IMG/VR virus record: IMGVR_UViG_3300010282_000006
Location: 10,315 to 74,314 of that record
Strand: one strand, 5' to 3'
DNA: 64,000 nt
Source of the DNA: a virus
Lineage: Duplodnaviria; Heunggongvirae; Uroviricota; Caudoviricetes
Shown here: positions 63,614-64,000 of the stretch, piece by piece
Position numbering within the stretch: the first letter of the stretch is position 1
Layout: every line of letters begins with the position of its first letter
Notes under the pieces: model-generated
Told to the model about the DNA's origin: nothing
The model's database searches: none
What the model saw: the letters and a program-made list of their open reading frames with translations, nothing else
Program-made: the position numbers and the translations under genes

Positions 63614-64000
63614 ATGGCAATGTATAAGATCGGCGTGACAGAGGCCGGTGACGCGGGGCTTGACCTTTCGTGGGAAGAGAAGCTCGACAGCGTGGATGGA
63701 GCAGTCCTGATTACGAAGCGCGTGACGCATGACTTCATCAATGCAGTCCACCGACATCCGGAGAAGCTGATCGTCCATGCGACATGCACCGGATACGGCG
63801 GTACTGTGATCGAGCCGCGCGTGCCGCGAGACGGATACCAGCTCGGTTCCGCAAAGGCGCTGGTGAACGACAATTTCCCCATTGATCGAATTGTGATACG
63901 GGTAGACCCTATTATTCCGACGATGAAGGGGATGCGGCGGGCGGTCGGCGTGATCAAGACAGCCATCATCCTTGGTTTCAGTCGGTTTCGGATCAGTGTG
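63614..64000 (+). CDS. partial CDS running off the window (host-like gene, function not recognised)
   Basis: RBS GGAGGTG then ATG; open to window end. Confidence 0.4.
   Translation, partial: MAMYKIGVTEAGDAGLDLSWEEKLDSVDGAVLITKRVTHDFINAVHRHPEKLIVHATCTGYGGTVIEPRVPRDGYQLGSAKALVNDNFPIDRIVIRVDPIIPTMKGMRRAVGVIKTAIILGFSRFRISV

Noticed and set aside
1-64000. CRISPR arrays, transposase / IS elements, rRNA
   Set aside because: No regularly spaced short direct repeats, no transposase-like ORFs and no rRNA-like sequence were seen on either strand.

Overview
The window looks like the non-structural (early / DNA-metabolism / accessory) half of a large temperate phage or prophage from a GC-rich anaerobic host; the Firmicutes/Clostridia-type host is an inference from the gene content (NrdDG, ThyX, SleB-like hydrolase).

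Gene layout:
- Almost every gene lies on the minus strand in one leftward array. It runs from a canonical sigma70 promoter at about 56.6 kb to the left edge of the window; the element continues beyond position 1.
- No capsid, tail or terminase genes are present.
- Going leftward from 56.6 kb there are about 45 small genes (about 38-56.5 kb). Most carry their own copy of a conserved promoter-like motif (22 copies), and several also have a terminator hairpin.
- An ImmR/ImmA-type regulator pair sits on the plus strand at 34.6-35.8 kb.
- At the right end there is a tyrosine integrase (57.8-58.8 kb), a rightward module of small plus-strand genes (59-62.8 kb), a tRNA 3'-fragment, tRNA-Gly(UCC) and the start of a host-like gene.

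Main gene content:
- A diversity-generating retroelement at 29-31.2 kb: reverse transcriptase with the DGR-diagnostic GNQCSQ motif, an Avd-like protein, an 80-nt template repeat, an adjacent target gene, and a second target gene 11.7 kb away. Both variable regions differ from the template almost only at template adenines.
- A sulfur / RNA-repair / modification block: cysteine desulfurase, Rnl5-like RNA ligase, nucleotidyltransferase-fold protein, polynucleotide kinase / HD phosphatase-like protein, and a PAPS-reductase/DndC-like PP-loop protein.
- Five DNA-methyltransferase loci. G/C homopolymers of 8-9 nt occur in this window only inside three of them. One tract currently separates a small DPPY methyltransferase from its RBS-preceded ATG. 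The C5-methyltransferase locus is split and has a non-canonical motif order.
- A replisome/recombination set: a DnaE-type polymerase split by an HNH homing-endonuclease insertion, a T7 gp4-like primase-helicase, a Cas4-like nuclease, SSB and an ERF annealing protein.
- An anaerobic nucleotide-metabolism cluster: NrdD/NrdG/NrdH-like, ThyX, dNMP kinase, 5'-nucleotidase and dUTPase.

All functional calls are from motif recognition by eye. No database search was run.
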